From: an uncultured Alphaproteobacteria bacterium
GTDB lineage: Bacteria; Pseudomonadota; Alphaproteobacteria; HIMB59; GCA-002718135
Direction: 5' to 3'
NCBI GenBank assembly: GCA_902570155.1
Contig: CACFXU010000006.1
Coordinates: 7,215-71,214, forward strand
Length of the DNA: 64,000 nt
How positions within the stretch are numbered: the first letter of the stretch is position 1; each line of letters begins with the position of its first letter. The notes beneath the pieces are model-generated. The model ran no database searches, was not told the origin of the DNA, and saw nothing but the letters and a program-made list of their open reading frames with translations. Position numbers and translations under genes: made by a program. Below, piece by piece: positions 46,355 through 56,688 of the stretch.

Positions 46355-48436
46355 TTATCCAGCAGTCAGTGTTAAAATTGCTGCATCTCTTTCTTGAAGA
46401 TACAATAAGTTTCGAAGATTTTCTCCTTCAATGTTTTCCAATTTTGGATTTTTGGATAATATATCTTCTACCATAATTTTAGCATCTTCTAATAGATCGT
46501 AATCAAAACTAAGATCAGCTACATAAAAAGATGGGCTGCCAGATTGTTTTTTTCCTAAAATTTCTCCTGGACCCCTTATTTTTAGGTCCTCTTCAGCGAT
46601 TTTAAAACCATCATTTGTTTGTTTCATTATATCAATTCTTTGTTTTGAAATTTCCCCAATATTATCTTTATGTAAAAGTATACAATATGATTGAATGTCA
46701 TTTCTACCAACACGACCCCTCAATTGATGAAGTTGAGCTAAACCGAATCTTTCTGCATGTTCAATTACAATTGTTGTTGCAGATGGAATATCTACACCAA
46801 CTTCAATAACAGTTGTTGAAACTAAAATTTTATAATCCTCATTTTTAAACTTTGTCATTATTTCTTCTTTTTCTATTTCACTTAAACGTCCATGCATTAA
46901 AAGAACTTTATTTTTGAAATATTTTTTTAAAATTTTGTATCTTTCCTCTGCAGCTTTTAGATCTAATTCTTCAGATTCTTCTATTAATGGGCATACCCAG
47001 TAAAATTTAGATGATGAATTTTTAATTTTTGCTTTTATTCTATCAATAAGTTGATTTTCTTTTTTTAATGACAAAGAGCTAGTTATAATTGGTTTACGAC
47101 CTAAAGGTTTTTCAATTAATTTACTCTCTTTCATATCTCCATATGCTGCTAAAGTTAATGTTCTTGGAATGGGAGTCGCACTCATTACTAAAATATTTGG
47201 TTTATGATTTTTATGATTAAATACCATTCTTTGATAAACTCCAAATCTATGTTGCTCATCAATAACTGCTAAACCTAAATTATTAAATTTTACAGTATCT
47301 TGTATTAAAGCATGTGTCCCAATTATAATATCTGCTTTTCCCTTTGCAATTTGATCTAATTTTTCTTTCCTTTCCTTACCCTTATCCTTTCCTGTAAGAA
47401 CAAGCACATTTATTTTTGAATTTTTTAATAAATTTATAATATTTTCATAATGCTGAAATGCAAGAATTGTAGTAGGTACCATTAAAGCAGATTGAAAATT
47501 ACTTTCAAATACATTTATCATTGATATTAAAGCAACAATAGTTTTTCCAGACCCAACATCTCCTTGCAACAATCTGATCATTTGATTAGAGCTTCCTAGG
47601 TCCTGAAGTATTTCTTTGATTACATTATTTTGTGAATTTGTGAGTTGAAAATCTAAATTACTATAAAATTTATTTAATGTTTTATTTTCACTAGTAATTT
47701 TAAGACCTTTTTTCTTTTGATTAAAATTTCTCATAATGCCTATAGCTAATTGATGAGATAATAATTCATCAAATGCTAGTCTTCTTCTGAGCAAATTTTT
47801 ATTTTTTATATTATTATCACTTGGATTATGAAGATTTTTAACTACTTCACTCCATCGTTTAAATTTATATTTATTTAATATTGAATTTTCTATCCATTCA
47901 TTAAAATTTGGTAAATTATTTAATATTTGATCGGTTAATTTATTCATTATTTTTTGATTGAGGCCACTAGTTAAACTGTAAACTGCCTCTTTACTTTTGA
48001 TTATTTTATTATTGTTTAAAGCACTTACATGAGTAGGGTGCGTTATTTGAAATGTGTTTCTAAAATACTCTAATTTTCCAGATATTAATCTATTTTCATT
48101 TGTTGGAAGCATTTGTCTCAACATAGGATGTCTTGCATTAAAATACACTAAATCAATATTTGTATCTCCACAGATACATTTAATTTTGTAGGGTTGCCTT
48201 TTAAACCTTGAAGGTTCATGTTTAATTATTTTTAAATTTAATGTTACTAAAGAATTAATCTCAGCGTCATGAATATTTTCATAGAATTTTCTTTCAAGAA
48301 TATTATTTGGTATATTCCAAACAAAATGAATATTCTTATATATACCTAATTTATTAATAATTTGTTCTAACTTTGGGCCAACTCCTTTGAGAGAAGATAT
48401 TGAAGATAATAAGTAGTTTAATTTTTCTGGTCGCAT
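46355..48436 (-). CDS. recG: ATP-dependent DNA helicase RecG
   Basis: 693 aa. Wedge domain plus SF2 motifs GDVGSGKT, DEQHRFG, SATPIPRT and QLRGRVGR. Confidence 0.95.
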   Translation of the reverse strand: MRPEKLNYLLSSISSLKGVGPKLEQIINKLGIYKNIHFVWNIPNNILERKFYENIHDAEINSLVTLNLKIIKHEPSRFKRQPYKIKCICGDTNIDLVYFNARHPMLRQMLPTNENRLISGKLEYFRNTFQITHPTHVSALNNNKIIKSKEAVYSLTSGLNQKIMNKLTDQILNNLPNFNEWIENSILNKYKFKRWSEVVKNLHNPSDNNIKNKNLLRRRLAFDELLSHQLAIGIMRNFNQKKKGLKITSENKTLNKFYSNLDFQLTNSQNNVIKEILQDLGSSNQMIRLLQGDVGSGKTIVALISMINVFESNFQSALMVPTTILAFQHYENIINLLKNSKINVLVLTGKDKGKERKEKLDQIAKGKADIIIGTHALIQDTVKFNNLGLAVIDEQHRFGVYQRMVFNHKNHKPNILVMSATPIPRTLTLAAYGDMKESKLIEKPLGRKPIITSSLSLKKENQLIDRIKAKIKNSSSKFYWVCPLIEESEELDLKAAEERYKILKKYFKNKVLLMHGRLSEIEKEEIMTKFKNEDYKILVSTTVIEVGVDIPSATTIVIEHAERFGLAQLHQLRGRVGRNDIQSYCILLHKDNIGEISKQRIDIMKQTNDGFKIAEEDLKIRGPGEILGKKQSGSPSFYVADLSFDYDLLEDAKIMVEDILSKNPKLENIEGENLRNLLYLQERDAAILTLTAG

Positions 48437-48479
48437 AGATTTTTATAAAATTATAAACTATATTCTATATTCAATTTTT

Positions 48480-48728
48480 ATGTCATTCAATTCACTTAAA
48501 AAAACAATAAAATATAGGGTTTCTTACTCTGGAACAAAAGAGACAGATATTTTATACAAAAGATATTTTATAAATCAGTTAGATAAATTTACTGAAAAAG
48601 ATCTTGAGGATATTAAATCGATATTTAATCAATTCTCCGATAATGAAATTTATGATTTTCTTACTTCTAAGGTAGCTATCCCATTAGAATTTAAGGAAAT
48701 ATTTAATAAAATACTTAATGAAGAATAA
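48480..48728 (+). CDS. sdhE: Succinate dehydrogenase flavinylation factor SdhE (DUF339)-like protein
   Basis: 82 aa. SGTKETDILYKRYF...FTEKDLEDI...DNEIYDF resembles the SdhE pattern. Its position between recG and mfd is typical of alphaproteobacteria. Confidence 0.7.
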   Translation: MSFNSLKKTIKYRVSYSGTKETDILYKRYFINQLDKFTEKDLEDIKSIFNQFSDNEIYDFLTSKVAIPLEFKEIFNKILNEE

Positions 48729-51700
48729 AAATACAATCGGTCCATCAATTCACAATGTTGAGCCCTTTTTCATTTCTCAGTTCTATCAAAATTCTAATAA
48801 ATCAATTTTATATATTGGAAAAGATGAGAGAGAAATATCATCCATGGAACAAAAAATTAAATGGTTATTACCTGATGTTGAAATTTTATTATTTAAATCT
48901 TGGGATCAAATACCATACGATAATGTCTCTCCTTCAAAAGAAGTTCAAATAGAAAGATTAAAAACACTTAAAATTTTATCAAATTCTAATGCAAAAAGAA
49001 TAATACTCACTACAATTAATTCAATAACTCAAAAAATAATTCCTAAATCAATTATTAATTCACAACTTTTTAAAATTTCAAAAAATCAAAAATTTAAATT
49101 TGAGGATCTTATTAATAACCTTGTCCTCTTAGGCTTCCAAAGAACATCTTTAGTGCGTGATAAATCAGAATTTTCTGTAAGAGGGTCAATTCTGGATATT
49201 TTTCCAAATGATAGATCTAAGCCAATAAGAATAGATTTTTTTGACAAAGAAATAGAGACGATTTTTGAATTTGATCCAACTACTCAAAAAAGATTAAAAG
49301 AAATAAATAGTGATTTAGAGTTTAATATTATTAATGAATTAATTCTTAATGAAAATAATCTTAACTTATTTAAAAAAAATTTTAGGGAAATATTTCCAGA
49401 GTATAGAAATAGTCAAGTTTATAATCTTTTTTCTGAAAATATTATTCCATCTGGTGGTGAACAGTTTTTGCCTTTATTCTATGATAATCTCGAAACATTG
49501 TTTGATTATGTTAAAGACTATAAAATACTATTAAATGACGAATTTAAAAATATATTTGAAAATAGATTAGAAAATATAAATGATTTTTATTTAGCCAGAA
49601 AAAATAATAAAGAAAATTTTTTTTTATCACCTGAATTTTTTTACTTAAATAAAGAAATTTTCCAAAAATATTTAGATAACAATGAGCATTTTTACTTTAA
49701 TACATTTGATAAAAATAATCATATCAATATTGATGTAAATATTATTCATAATTTATCATCAATTAAAAAAGAAATTGATTTTAGTTTTATAAATCAATTT
49801 TTTACAACTAATTCTAAAGAAAATTTTATATATATATGTTGCCGTAGTAAAGGAAATTTAGAAAGAGTATCTAAAATATTACAGAATAATTTAAGTTTAA
49901 ATTTAAATAATGTAACTAACTTTAATCATTCACTTTCAGATAATATTCTTTTAACTATTCTAGATATTGAAGAGTCATTTAAATTTAATAAATATATTTT
50001 TATTAATGAAAAATCCTTGTTTGGTTATTTTTTAAATACGCAAATATCTAAATCACGTAAACAAACTATTTTTTTTGAAGAATTAAATAAATTATCTATT
50101 GATTCTATTCTGGTTCATTCTGAGTACGGTCTTTGTAAGTTTAATAATATTAGAAAAATTGAATTAAATGACTCAATTCATGAGTGTTTAGAATTAGAAT
50201 TTTTTGAAAATCAAAAACTTTTTTTACCAGTTGAAAATTTAAGTTATGTATCAAAATACAGTGATGATACTGATGGAAATATTATTTTAGATAAACTTGG
50301 TGCCTCTCATTGGCAAAAAAGAAAAGCAGACGCAAAAAAGAAAATTAGAGATGCTGCAAAAAAACTTATTTCAATAGCTTCTAAGAGACTTCAATCTCAA
50401 TCTTATGAAATTAATACAAATATTCCTGAATACGATAAATTTGTAAGTACGTTCCCATATGTTGAAACTGATGATCAATTAAATGCAATTCAAGATGTAA
50501 TTAATGATTTTTCTAAGATGATACCTTCTGATAGATTAATTGTAGGTGATGTTGCATTTGGAAAAACAGAAGTAATTTTAAGGGCTATTTTTCTAGCTGC
50601 AAAATCAAATTTACAATCTGTTGTTTTAGTGCCAACTACAATTTTATCTAGGCAGCATTTTATAAATTTTAAAAAAAGGTTATCTATTTTTGGAATTAAT
50701 ATTGCAGAAATCTCTAGATTAGTATCATTAAAAGATAAAAAAGAAATTTTTGAAAAATGTAATACTGGTAAAATAGATGTTTTAGTTGGAACTCATGCTT
50801 TATTAAACGATAAATTAAAATTTAACAGGCTTGGTCTAATAGTTTACGATGAAGAGCAAAAACTGGGAACAATTCAAAAAGAAAAATTCAAAGAAATTGC
50901 ACCAAAAGCTCATTGTATCTCACTTAGTGCAACACCTATTCCAAGAACTTTAAGTATGTCTCTTTCAGGAATAAGAGATCTAAGTCTGATTCTTACAGCT
51001 CCATTTGAAAGGATGGCAGTTAGAACTTATGTTTCACCTTTTGACTCTTTAACTATCACAGAAGCTATAAAGAGAGAGATATATGGCAGAAAGAATGGGG
51101 TTTACTTTGTAGTGCCAAGAAAAAAAGACTTACCTTTTATAGAACAATTTTTAAATGATAATTTACCAGAAATAAAATATGTAATCACTCACGGTCAACT
51201 TAGTCCTAAATTATTAGAAAGTAGAATATCAAAATTTTATAACCAAGAAGTACCTTTAATGTTAAGCACAAATATTATTGAAAATGGTTTAGATTTACCT
51301 CATGTAAATACAATTATTGTTTACCGATCAAATATATTTTCATTAGCCGCACTATATCAATTGAAAGGAAGGGTAGGTCGATCTTCCAAACGTGGATACG
51401 CATACATTACATATAAAGAAAATGAGTTAAAGGATAATGGGAGAAAAAGATTATCAATAATAAACTCTTCCGATCATCTTGGTGCAGGTTTTAATATAGC
51501 ATCTCAAGATTTAGACCTTCGAGGTGGTGGTTCTATTATTGGTGAGGAACAAAGTGGTTTTATTAAGGAAATTGGAACTGAGCTTTATCATCAAATGCTT
51601 GAAGAAGAAATAAATTTACAAAAAAGTAAAATTAATTCAGATTTTATAAAAAAAGATAATTTTCAACCAATTATTAAAATCCCTGTTGAAATTTATATAC

Positions 51701-52095
51701 CTGAAGATTTTATTAACGATGTTGATCTAAGGCTTTCTATTTATAAAAGAATCTCAAATATAAATAACAAAAAAGAAATTGAAGAGATTAAAATAGAATT
51801 AATTGATAGGTTTGGTAAATTGCCTAAACAATTAATTAATTTACTAAAATTAGTAGAAATAAAAATTGTTTGTTTAAAAAATAATATTGAAAAGTTTGAA
51901 TTTAGTAGAAAGGGTATATTAATTAGTTTTTTTCAAAATAAACCAAAAAATCCAGAAAAATTATTAGAACTTTCATTATCAAAAAATAGTTCTTTAATAT
52001 TAAGACCTGATCAAAAAATTTTTTATGATTTTGGTGGTAATTTAATTGATGACAGATTTGAATTATCTAAAAATGTAATTAATTTGATTAAATAA
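48718..52095 (+). CDS. mfd: Transcription-repair coupling factor
   Basis: 1125 aa. UvrB-homology N-terminus, CarD-like domain, SF2 motifs GDVAFGKT, DEEQKLG, SATPIPRT and QLKGRVGRS, plus a TRG motif region. Confidence 0.95.
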   Translation: MKNKNTIGPSIHNVEPFFISQFYQNSNKSILYIGKDEREISSMEQKIKWLLPDVEILLFKSWDQIPYDNVSPSKEVQIERLKTLKILSNSNAKRIILTTINSITQKIIPKSIINSQLFKISKNQKFKFEDLINNLVLLGFQRTSLVRDKSEFSVRGSILDIFPNDRSKPIRIDFFDKEIETIFEFDPTTQKRLKEINSDLEFNIINELILNENNLNLFKKNFREIFPEYRNSQVYNLFSENIIPSGGEQFLPLFYDNLETLFDYVKDYKILLNDEFKNIFENRLENINDFYLARKNNKENFFLSPEFFYLNKEIFQKYLDNNEHFYFNTFDKNNHINIDVNIIHNLSSIKKEIDFSFINQFFTTNSKENFIYICCRSKGNLERVSKILQNNLSLNLNNVTNFNHSLSDNILLTILDIEESFKFNKYIFINEKSLFGYFLNTQISKSRKQTIFFEELNKLSIDSILVHSEYGLCKFNNIRKIELNDSIHECLELEFFENQKLFLPVENLSYVSKYSDDTDGNIILDKLGASHWQKRKADAKKKIRDAAKKLISIASKRLQSQSYEINTNIPEYDKFVSTFPYVETDDQLNAIQDVINDFSKMIPSDRLIVGDVAFGKTEVILRAIFLAAKSNLQSVVLVPTTILSRQHFINFKKRLSIFGINIAEISRLVSLKDKKEIFEKCNTGKIDVLVGTHALLNDKLKFNRLGLIVYDEEQKLGTIQKEKFKEIAPKAHCISLSATPIPRTLSMSLSGIRDLSLILTAPFERMAVRTYVSPFDSLTITEAIKREIYGRKNGVYFVVPRKKDLPFIEQFLNDNLPEIKYVITHGQLSPKLLESRISKFYNQEVPLMLSTNIIENGLDLPHVNTIIVYRSNIFSLAALYQLKGRVGRSSKRGYAYITYKENELKDNGRKRLSIINSSDHLGAGFNIASQDLDLRGGGSIIGEEQSGFIKEIGTELYHQMLEEEINLQKSKINSDFIKKDNFQPIIKIPVEIYIPEDFINDVDLRLSIYKRISNINNKKEIEEIKIELIDRFGKLPKQLINLLKLVEIKIVCLKNNIEKFEFSRKGILISFFQNKPKNPEKLLELSLSKNSSLILRPDQKIFYDFGGNLIDDRFELSKNVINLIK

Positions 52096-53189
52096 TGGTT
52101 AAATTTATTATCATATTTAATTTTTTTGTTTTTTTATTATTTGGTAAAAATGTTTTGTCTTTAGATAACAAATATAAGCTTGCAATTTTAAAATCAAACT
52201 TAAGTTCTCCTTGGAGTTTAACATTTATAAATAATAATCAGATTTTAATTAGTGAAAAAACAGGAAAAATTAAGTTATATAATATTCAAAATAATAAGAT
52301 TACTGCAATAGATCACAATTTAAATTTTATTAGAGATAAAAATTCGCAAGGAGGTCTATTAGATGTTTATTTTTATAATGATCAGATTTTTATATCCTAC
52401 TCCGAAAAGATTGGTGGAAAATTATTTAGCCCTTCGACCACCTCTATTGCAAAAGCTGATTTAGATTTAAATTTCTTAGATTTTGAAAATATTTTCAGGG
52501 CTAATCCACCCATAAGATCTCCTTATCACTTTGGTTCTAGAATAGCTATTCATGATGATTATTTATATGCATCTGTGGGTGAAAGAGGGAAAGGAATGAT
52601 ATCTCAGGATGCAAAACAACATCCTGGGAGTATCATTCGAATTAAATTAGACGGAACTTCACCTAAAGATAACCCTCATTACGTTTCAAAAGAAACGTGG
52701 TTACCAGAAATATATCAAATCGGTGTAAGAAATCCTCAAGGAATGTCAGTCTCACCTTTTGATAATAAAATTTATATTAGTAATCACGGAGCAAAAGGTG
52801 GTGATTGGTTTGGTGAAGTAAAAAAAGGTGAAAATTATGGTTGGAAAATTTTAGGTTGGGGAGGAACTAATTATGATAATTCCAACATTGGCCCCAAATG
52901 GTTACCGGGTTATACTAAAGCTATTCATTACTGGGTGCCTTCAATTGCTGTTAGTGCAATTACAATATATGATGGAGAAGAATTTCCAGAATTTAAAGGA
53001 TTAGCACTTATAACATCTTTAAAAGATCAATCTTTACGCTCATTAGATTTTTCAAATTTAGATAATGTAAAAGAAAATATTATTTTTAAAAAAGAAATAG
53101 GAAGAATAAGGGATATTAAAATTCATCCAGATAATGGTAAAATATTTTTTTTAGCTCAAGATAAATTATGGCTATTTGAAAAAAAATAA
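52095..53189 (+). CDS. PQQ-dependent soluble sugar dehydrogenase (YliI/sorbosone dehydrogenase family)
   Basis: 364 aa with a signal peptide. Beta-propeller motifs (PWSLTF, GGLLDV, HFGSRIA, RNPQGM, HGAKGGDW, NYGW). Confidence 0.8.
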   Translation: MVKFIIIFNFFVFLLFGKNVLSLDNKYKLAILKSNLSSPWSLTFINNNQILISEKTGKIKLYNIQNNKITAIDHNLNFIRDKNSQGGLLDVYFYNDQIFISYSEKIGGKLFSPSTTSIAKADLDLNFLDFENIFRANPPIRSPYHFGSRIAIHDDYLYASVGERGKGMISQDAKQHPGSIIRIKLDGTSPKDNPHYVSKETWLPEIYQIGVRNPQGMSVSPFDNKIYISNHGAKGGDWFGEVKKGENYGWKILGWGGTNYDNSNIGPKWLPGYTKAIHYWVPSIAVSAITIYDGEEFPEFKGLALITSLKDQSLRSLDFSNLDNVKENIIFKKEIGRIRDIKIHPDNGKIFFLAQDKLWLFEKK

Positions 53190-53234
53190 TTTTGTGTCTA
53201 TTGAGAAAATTTCTTTTTAATTTATAATATTAAT

Positions 53235-53351
53235 ATGTTTGAATTTTTAGCCTTTTTAGTTGGAGTCATGATTATGGGGCCAATTGTCTATATTTATTTT
53301 TTAGTTCAAGATTTAAAAAAAAGAGTGGATAAACTTGAAGATAAAAATTAA
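53235..53351 (+). CDS. Possible 38-aa single-TM micro-protein (not in the supplied ORF track)
   Basis: ATG 53235 to TAA 53351 translates to MFEFLAFLVGVMIMGPIVYIYFLVQDLKKRVDKLEDKN, one hydrophobic helix followed by a charged tail. Confidence 0.25.
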   Translation: MFEFLAFLVGVMIMGPIVYIYFLVQDLKKRVDKLEDKN

Positions 53352-53382
53352 TTTTTTTAAATATTAAATCTTTTATTAACAG

Positions 53383-53472
53383 TGGCGGAGAGAGTGAGAT
53401 TCGAACTCACGAACGAGTTGCCCCGTTGCCGGTTTTCAAGACCGGTGCTTTCAACCGCTCAGCCATCTCTCC
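53383..53472 (-). tRNA. tRNA-Ser (anticodon TGA)
   Basis: The reverse complement reads GGAGAGATGGCTGAGCGGTTGAAAGCACCGGTCTTGAAAACCGGCAACGGGGCAACTCGTTCGTGAGTTCGAATCTCACTCTCTCCGCCA. Anticodon stem CCGGT/ACCGG with loop CTTGAAA, a long variable arm and an encoded CCA. Confidence 0.9.
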
Positions 53473-53565
53473 TTTTAAGAGCTTACTATAGTTTCAACAT
53501 AAAAATGTCAAAATATTAAGTATATATCATTTCCTAATTAACGATAGTTTTGGTATTTTTGTATA

Positions 53566-54603
53566 ATGATTTTTAGATTTGTAATATTATTTTTATTTAT
53601 ATCATTTAATCTTCACTCAGCAGATTGTGAAAAACCAAAAATGCCAACTGATGAAGAATGGAATAGTTGGCTTTCAAATATTAAAAAAGAGGCCTTAGAT
53701 ATAGGCATAAGCCAAAATACTATCTCAAAACAATTAAATAATGTTAAACCACAAAGTAAAATAATTATGCGTGATCGATGCCAACCAGCATCAACAATGA
53801 CTCTAGATGAGTATTTATTTTATACAATTACAAAAGATAAAATATTTGTGGGAAAAAATTTTTTAAAAAAACATGAAGATTTACTAAATCAAATTGGAGC
53901 ACATTTTAAAATACAACCTAGATTTATAGTAGCAGTTTTAGGTATGGAAAGTTATTATGGAAGAAATCAAGGAAAAATTAATTCTATAATTGCAATAACA
54001 ACTCTTGCATTTGATAGAAGAAGAAGTGATTTTTATAAAAAACAATTATTTTCAGCTCTTGAAATTTTAGACAAAAATCTTGTTCCTAGTGGAGAATTAA
54101 AAGGAAGTTGGGGTGGGGCAGTTGGTATGACTCAAATGATACCGACAACGTTTTTAGAAACAGCATACGATTGGGATGGTGATGGAATAGATATATGGAA
54201 TAGTTATGCAGATGCTTTTGCTAGTACTGCAAATTATTTAACATCATTAGATAAAAATCCATGGTCTAATGATAGTACTTGGGGAAGAGAAGTACTCCCT
54301 CCAAAAAACATTTCTTCATCATTTTTTGATTCTATAAAGCAAATTAATCCGAAAGGTTGTGGAGCAGTCAAACGTAGATCTACTCCAAAAACTCTATCTG
54401 AATGGTCAAAATTAGGATTTACAAAAATAAATGGAGATCCTTTACCAATAAGAGATGATTTAGAAGCTAGATTAATAATGCCAGATGGGATAGATGGAAG
54501 AATGTTCATAGTATATCCAAATTATAAAAATATTCTTTATTATAATTGTTCATCATATTATGCTGTATCAGTGGGCCTCCTAAGTGATAAAATATCTAAT
54601 TAG
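53566..54603 (+). CDS. Lytic murein transglycosylase (MltB/SLT_2 family)
   Basis: 345 aa with a signal peptide. MESYYGRN and GGAVGMTQMIPTTF motifs. Confidence 0.8.
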   Translation: MIFRFVILFLFISFNLHSADCEKPKMPTDEEWNSWLSNIKKEALDIGISQNTISKQLNNVKPQSKIIMRDRCQPASTMTLDEYLFYTITKDKIFVGKNFLKKHEDLLNQIGAHFKIQPRFIVAVLGMESYYGRNQGKINSIIAITTLAFDRRRSDFYKKQLFSALEILDKNLVPSGELKGSWGGAVGMTQMIPTTFLETAYDWDGDGIDIWNSYADAFASTANYLTSLDKNPWSNDSTWGREVLPPKNISSSFFDSIKQINPKGCGAVKRRSTPKTLSEWSKLGFTKINGDPLPIRDDLEARLIMPDGIDGRMFIVYPNYKNILYYNCSSYYAVSVGLLSDKISN

Positions 54604-55519
54604 TCTTATAATTATTTTATTTATATTTTCTTGTAATGAATTAAATCTTAATAATGTTTCTGATGTTGTAGAAAATAGCACAAGTAAAATAGAAGAAATA
54701 ATTGATAATAAAATAGAAAATAAAAAAGAAAAAATACAATCAACCAATAAACAAACAAAAGATAATATTTTTTATTATGTTGGTGAGCCTTATTTTATTG
54801 AAGGGGTTAGTTACATTCCAGAAGAAAATTACAATTATTCGGAAATCGGACTTTCTTCTTTTTATGGTAAGGAATTACACAATATTAAAACTGTAAACAA
54901 TGATACAAATAAAGTTACAGAGTTACTTGGTAGACATAAAACATTACCTATACCAAGTATGGTCAAAGTAACTAACTTGGATAATGGACTTTCTATAAAT
55001 GTAAAAATAATAGATAGACACGATGATAATGCAGTTATTATTCAGGTTTCAAGAAAAGTTGCACAACTTCTTGGATTTTATAAATCTAAAATAGCTACTG
55101 TAAAAGTAGAAATACTTTCTGATGCTAGTAAACAATGGAAGAGTGTTGCCAATTCATTAAATGAAGAAAATTTTGATGAAACCATCTCGTCTGCACCAAC
55201 AGATATTGTATCTATTGAAGAAATTGATGAAAATATGGTTTCTAATGATGAATCTACTACAATTACAGAAGAACCAATTGAACTTAAATCAGAAAAAATA
55301 ACTGATTTTAAATTGTATTTAAGAGTTAATGGGTTTGAAAACTATGAGAGTATTCGATCAGTATTAGATAATTATGATAATAATCTAAAATATACTTCTG
55401 AAAAAAATAATTCCAAATATGATGTAATTATTGGTCCTTTAGAAAATACAGAAGCAAATAATTTGGTTTCATACTTTATCTCAAAAGGTTATAAGGATAC
55501 TGAAATTCTTATTGAATAA
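54584..55519 (+). CDS. rlpA: Septal-ring lytic transglycosylase RlpA-family lipoprotein with C-terminal SPOR-like domain
   Basis: GTG start. Lipobox IFSC, DPBB core (GLSSFYGKELHN...VKVTNLDNG...VKIIDR) and a C-terminal roughly 70 aa that look SPOR-like. Confidence 0.8.
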   Translation: MIKYLISLIIILFIFSCNELNLNNVSDVVENSTSKIEEIIDNKIENKKEKIQSTNKQTKDNIFYYVGEPYFIEGVSYIPEENYNYSEIGLSSFYGKELHNIKTVNNDTNKVTELLGRHKTLPIPSMVKVTNLDNGLSINVKIIDRHDDNAVIIQVSRKVAQLLGFYKSKIATVKVEILSDASKQWKSVANSLNEENFDETISSAPTDIVSIEEIDENMVSNDESTTITEEPIELKSEKITDFKLYLRVNGFENYESIRSVLDNYDNNLKYTSEKNNSKYDVIIGPLENTEANNLVSYFISKGYKDTEILIE

Positions 55520-55554
55520 CAAACAAAGGTCATAATTAAGAATTATTAATATTT

Positions 55555-56688
55555 ATGGTAAAAATTTTTAGCTTTTTTTTATTTTTTATTATTTCTTTAA
55601 AACTTTACGCCATTGATACAAAGGCAGAGCAAGCAGTTGTTATTGATTTTGATACAAATGAAGTTCTTTTTGAAAAAAATTCTAATGCAAAAGTTATACC
55701 AGCTTCAATGACTAAGATTATGACTGTTTATGTTGCATTTGATAGAATAAAGAATACCAATTTTGCAATTTCTAATGAATGTAGAGTGTCCCCTAAAGCA
55801 TATAAAAAGGGAGGTTCCAGAACATTTTTAGAGATAGATGATAATGTAACAGTTGATGATTTATTAAAAGGTATAATTGTTCAATCTGGTAATGATGCTT
55901 CTATAGCTTTAGCAGAATGTTTAGGTGGTACTGAAGAAGATTTTGCTAAACTTATGAACGTTTATGCAGAACGTTTAGGAATGATAAATACAAATTTTGT
56001 TAATTCATCTGGCTGGCCTGATGATAATCACTATTCCTCTGTTTATGATCTTGGAATTCTTTCAAATGCAATAATTAGAGATTTTCCGAATCTTTATACA
56101 TATTTCAAAATGGAAGAGTTTACTTATAATGATATTACACAGCCAAATAGAAATAAACTTTTATATCAAGTTCAAGGAGCAGATGGATTAAAAACAGGTT
56201 TTACAAAAGAATCTGGGTGGGGAATAGCTGCTACAGCATTAAGAAATGATAGAAGGATTACAGTTGTTATCAATGGTACCAATAGCTCTAGATCAAGATT
56301 AAATGAATCTTCTAATTTAATAAACTGGGCATTTAATCAAACTTCGCAACAAACATTAGTTGAAAAAGATCAATTTATTAAAGAAGTTGATGTATGGCTG
56401 GGTAGTGAGAGTAGTATTAATTTAATTAGTGCACAAAAATTAGTATCAACATTATCATTTGATCAAATTCAATTAATGAATTCATCTATTACATATACAA
56501 AACCAATATCTGCCCCAATTAAAAAAGGTGATGAATTAGGAAAATTAAATATAAATATAGAAGGAAAACCAAAAATAGAAGTACCACTTATTGCTGAAAA
56601 AGATGTATCTGAAATTAACCCTTTATTTAAAATATTTGCTGCTGCAAAATATTTAATTTTTGGAAGAAGTTTGGATGAAATCAAATAA
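55555..56688 (+). CDS. D-alanyl-D-alanine carboxypeptidase (PBP5/6 class, S11)
   Basis: 377 aa with a signal peptide. SMTK, SGND and KTGFT active-site motifs. Confidence 0.9.
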   Translation: MVKIFSFFLFFIISLKLYAIDTKAEQAVVIDFDTNEVLFEKNSNAKVIPASMTKIMTVYVAFDRIKNTNFAISNECRVSPKAYKKGGSRTFLEIDDNVTVDDLLKGIIVQSGNDASIALAECLGGTEEDFAKLMNVYAERLGMINTNFVNSSGWPDDNHYSSVYDLGILSNAIIRDFPNLYTYFKMEEFTYNDITQPNRNKLLYQVQGADGLKTGFTKESGWGIAATALRNDRRITVVINGTNSSRSRLNESSNLINWAFNQTSQQTLVEKDQFIKEVDVWLGSESSINLISAQKLVSTLSFDQIQLMNSSITYTKPISAPIKKGDELGKLNINIEGKPKIEVPLIAEKDVSEINPLFKIFAAAKYLIFGRSLDEIK

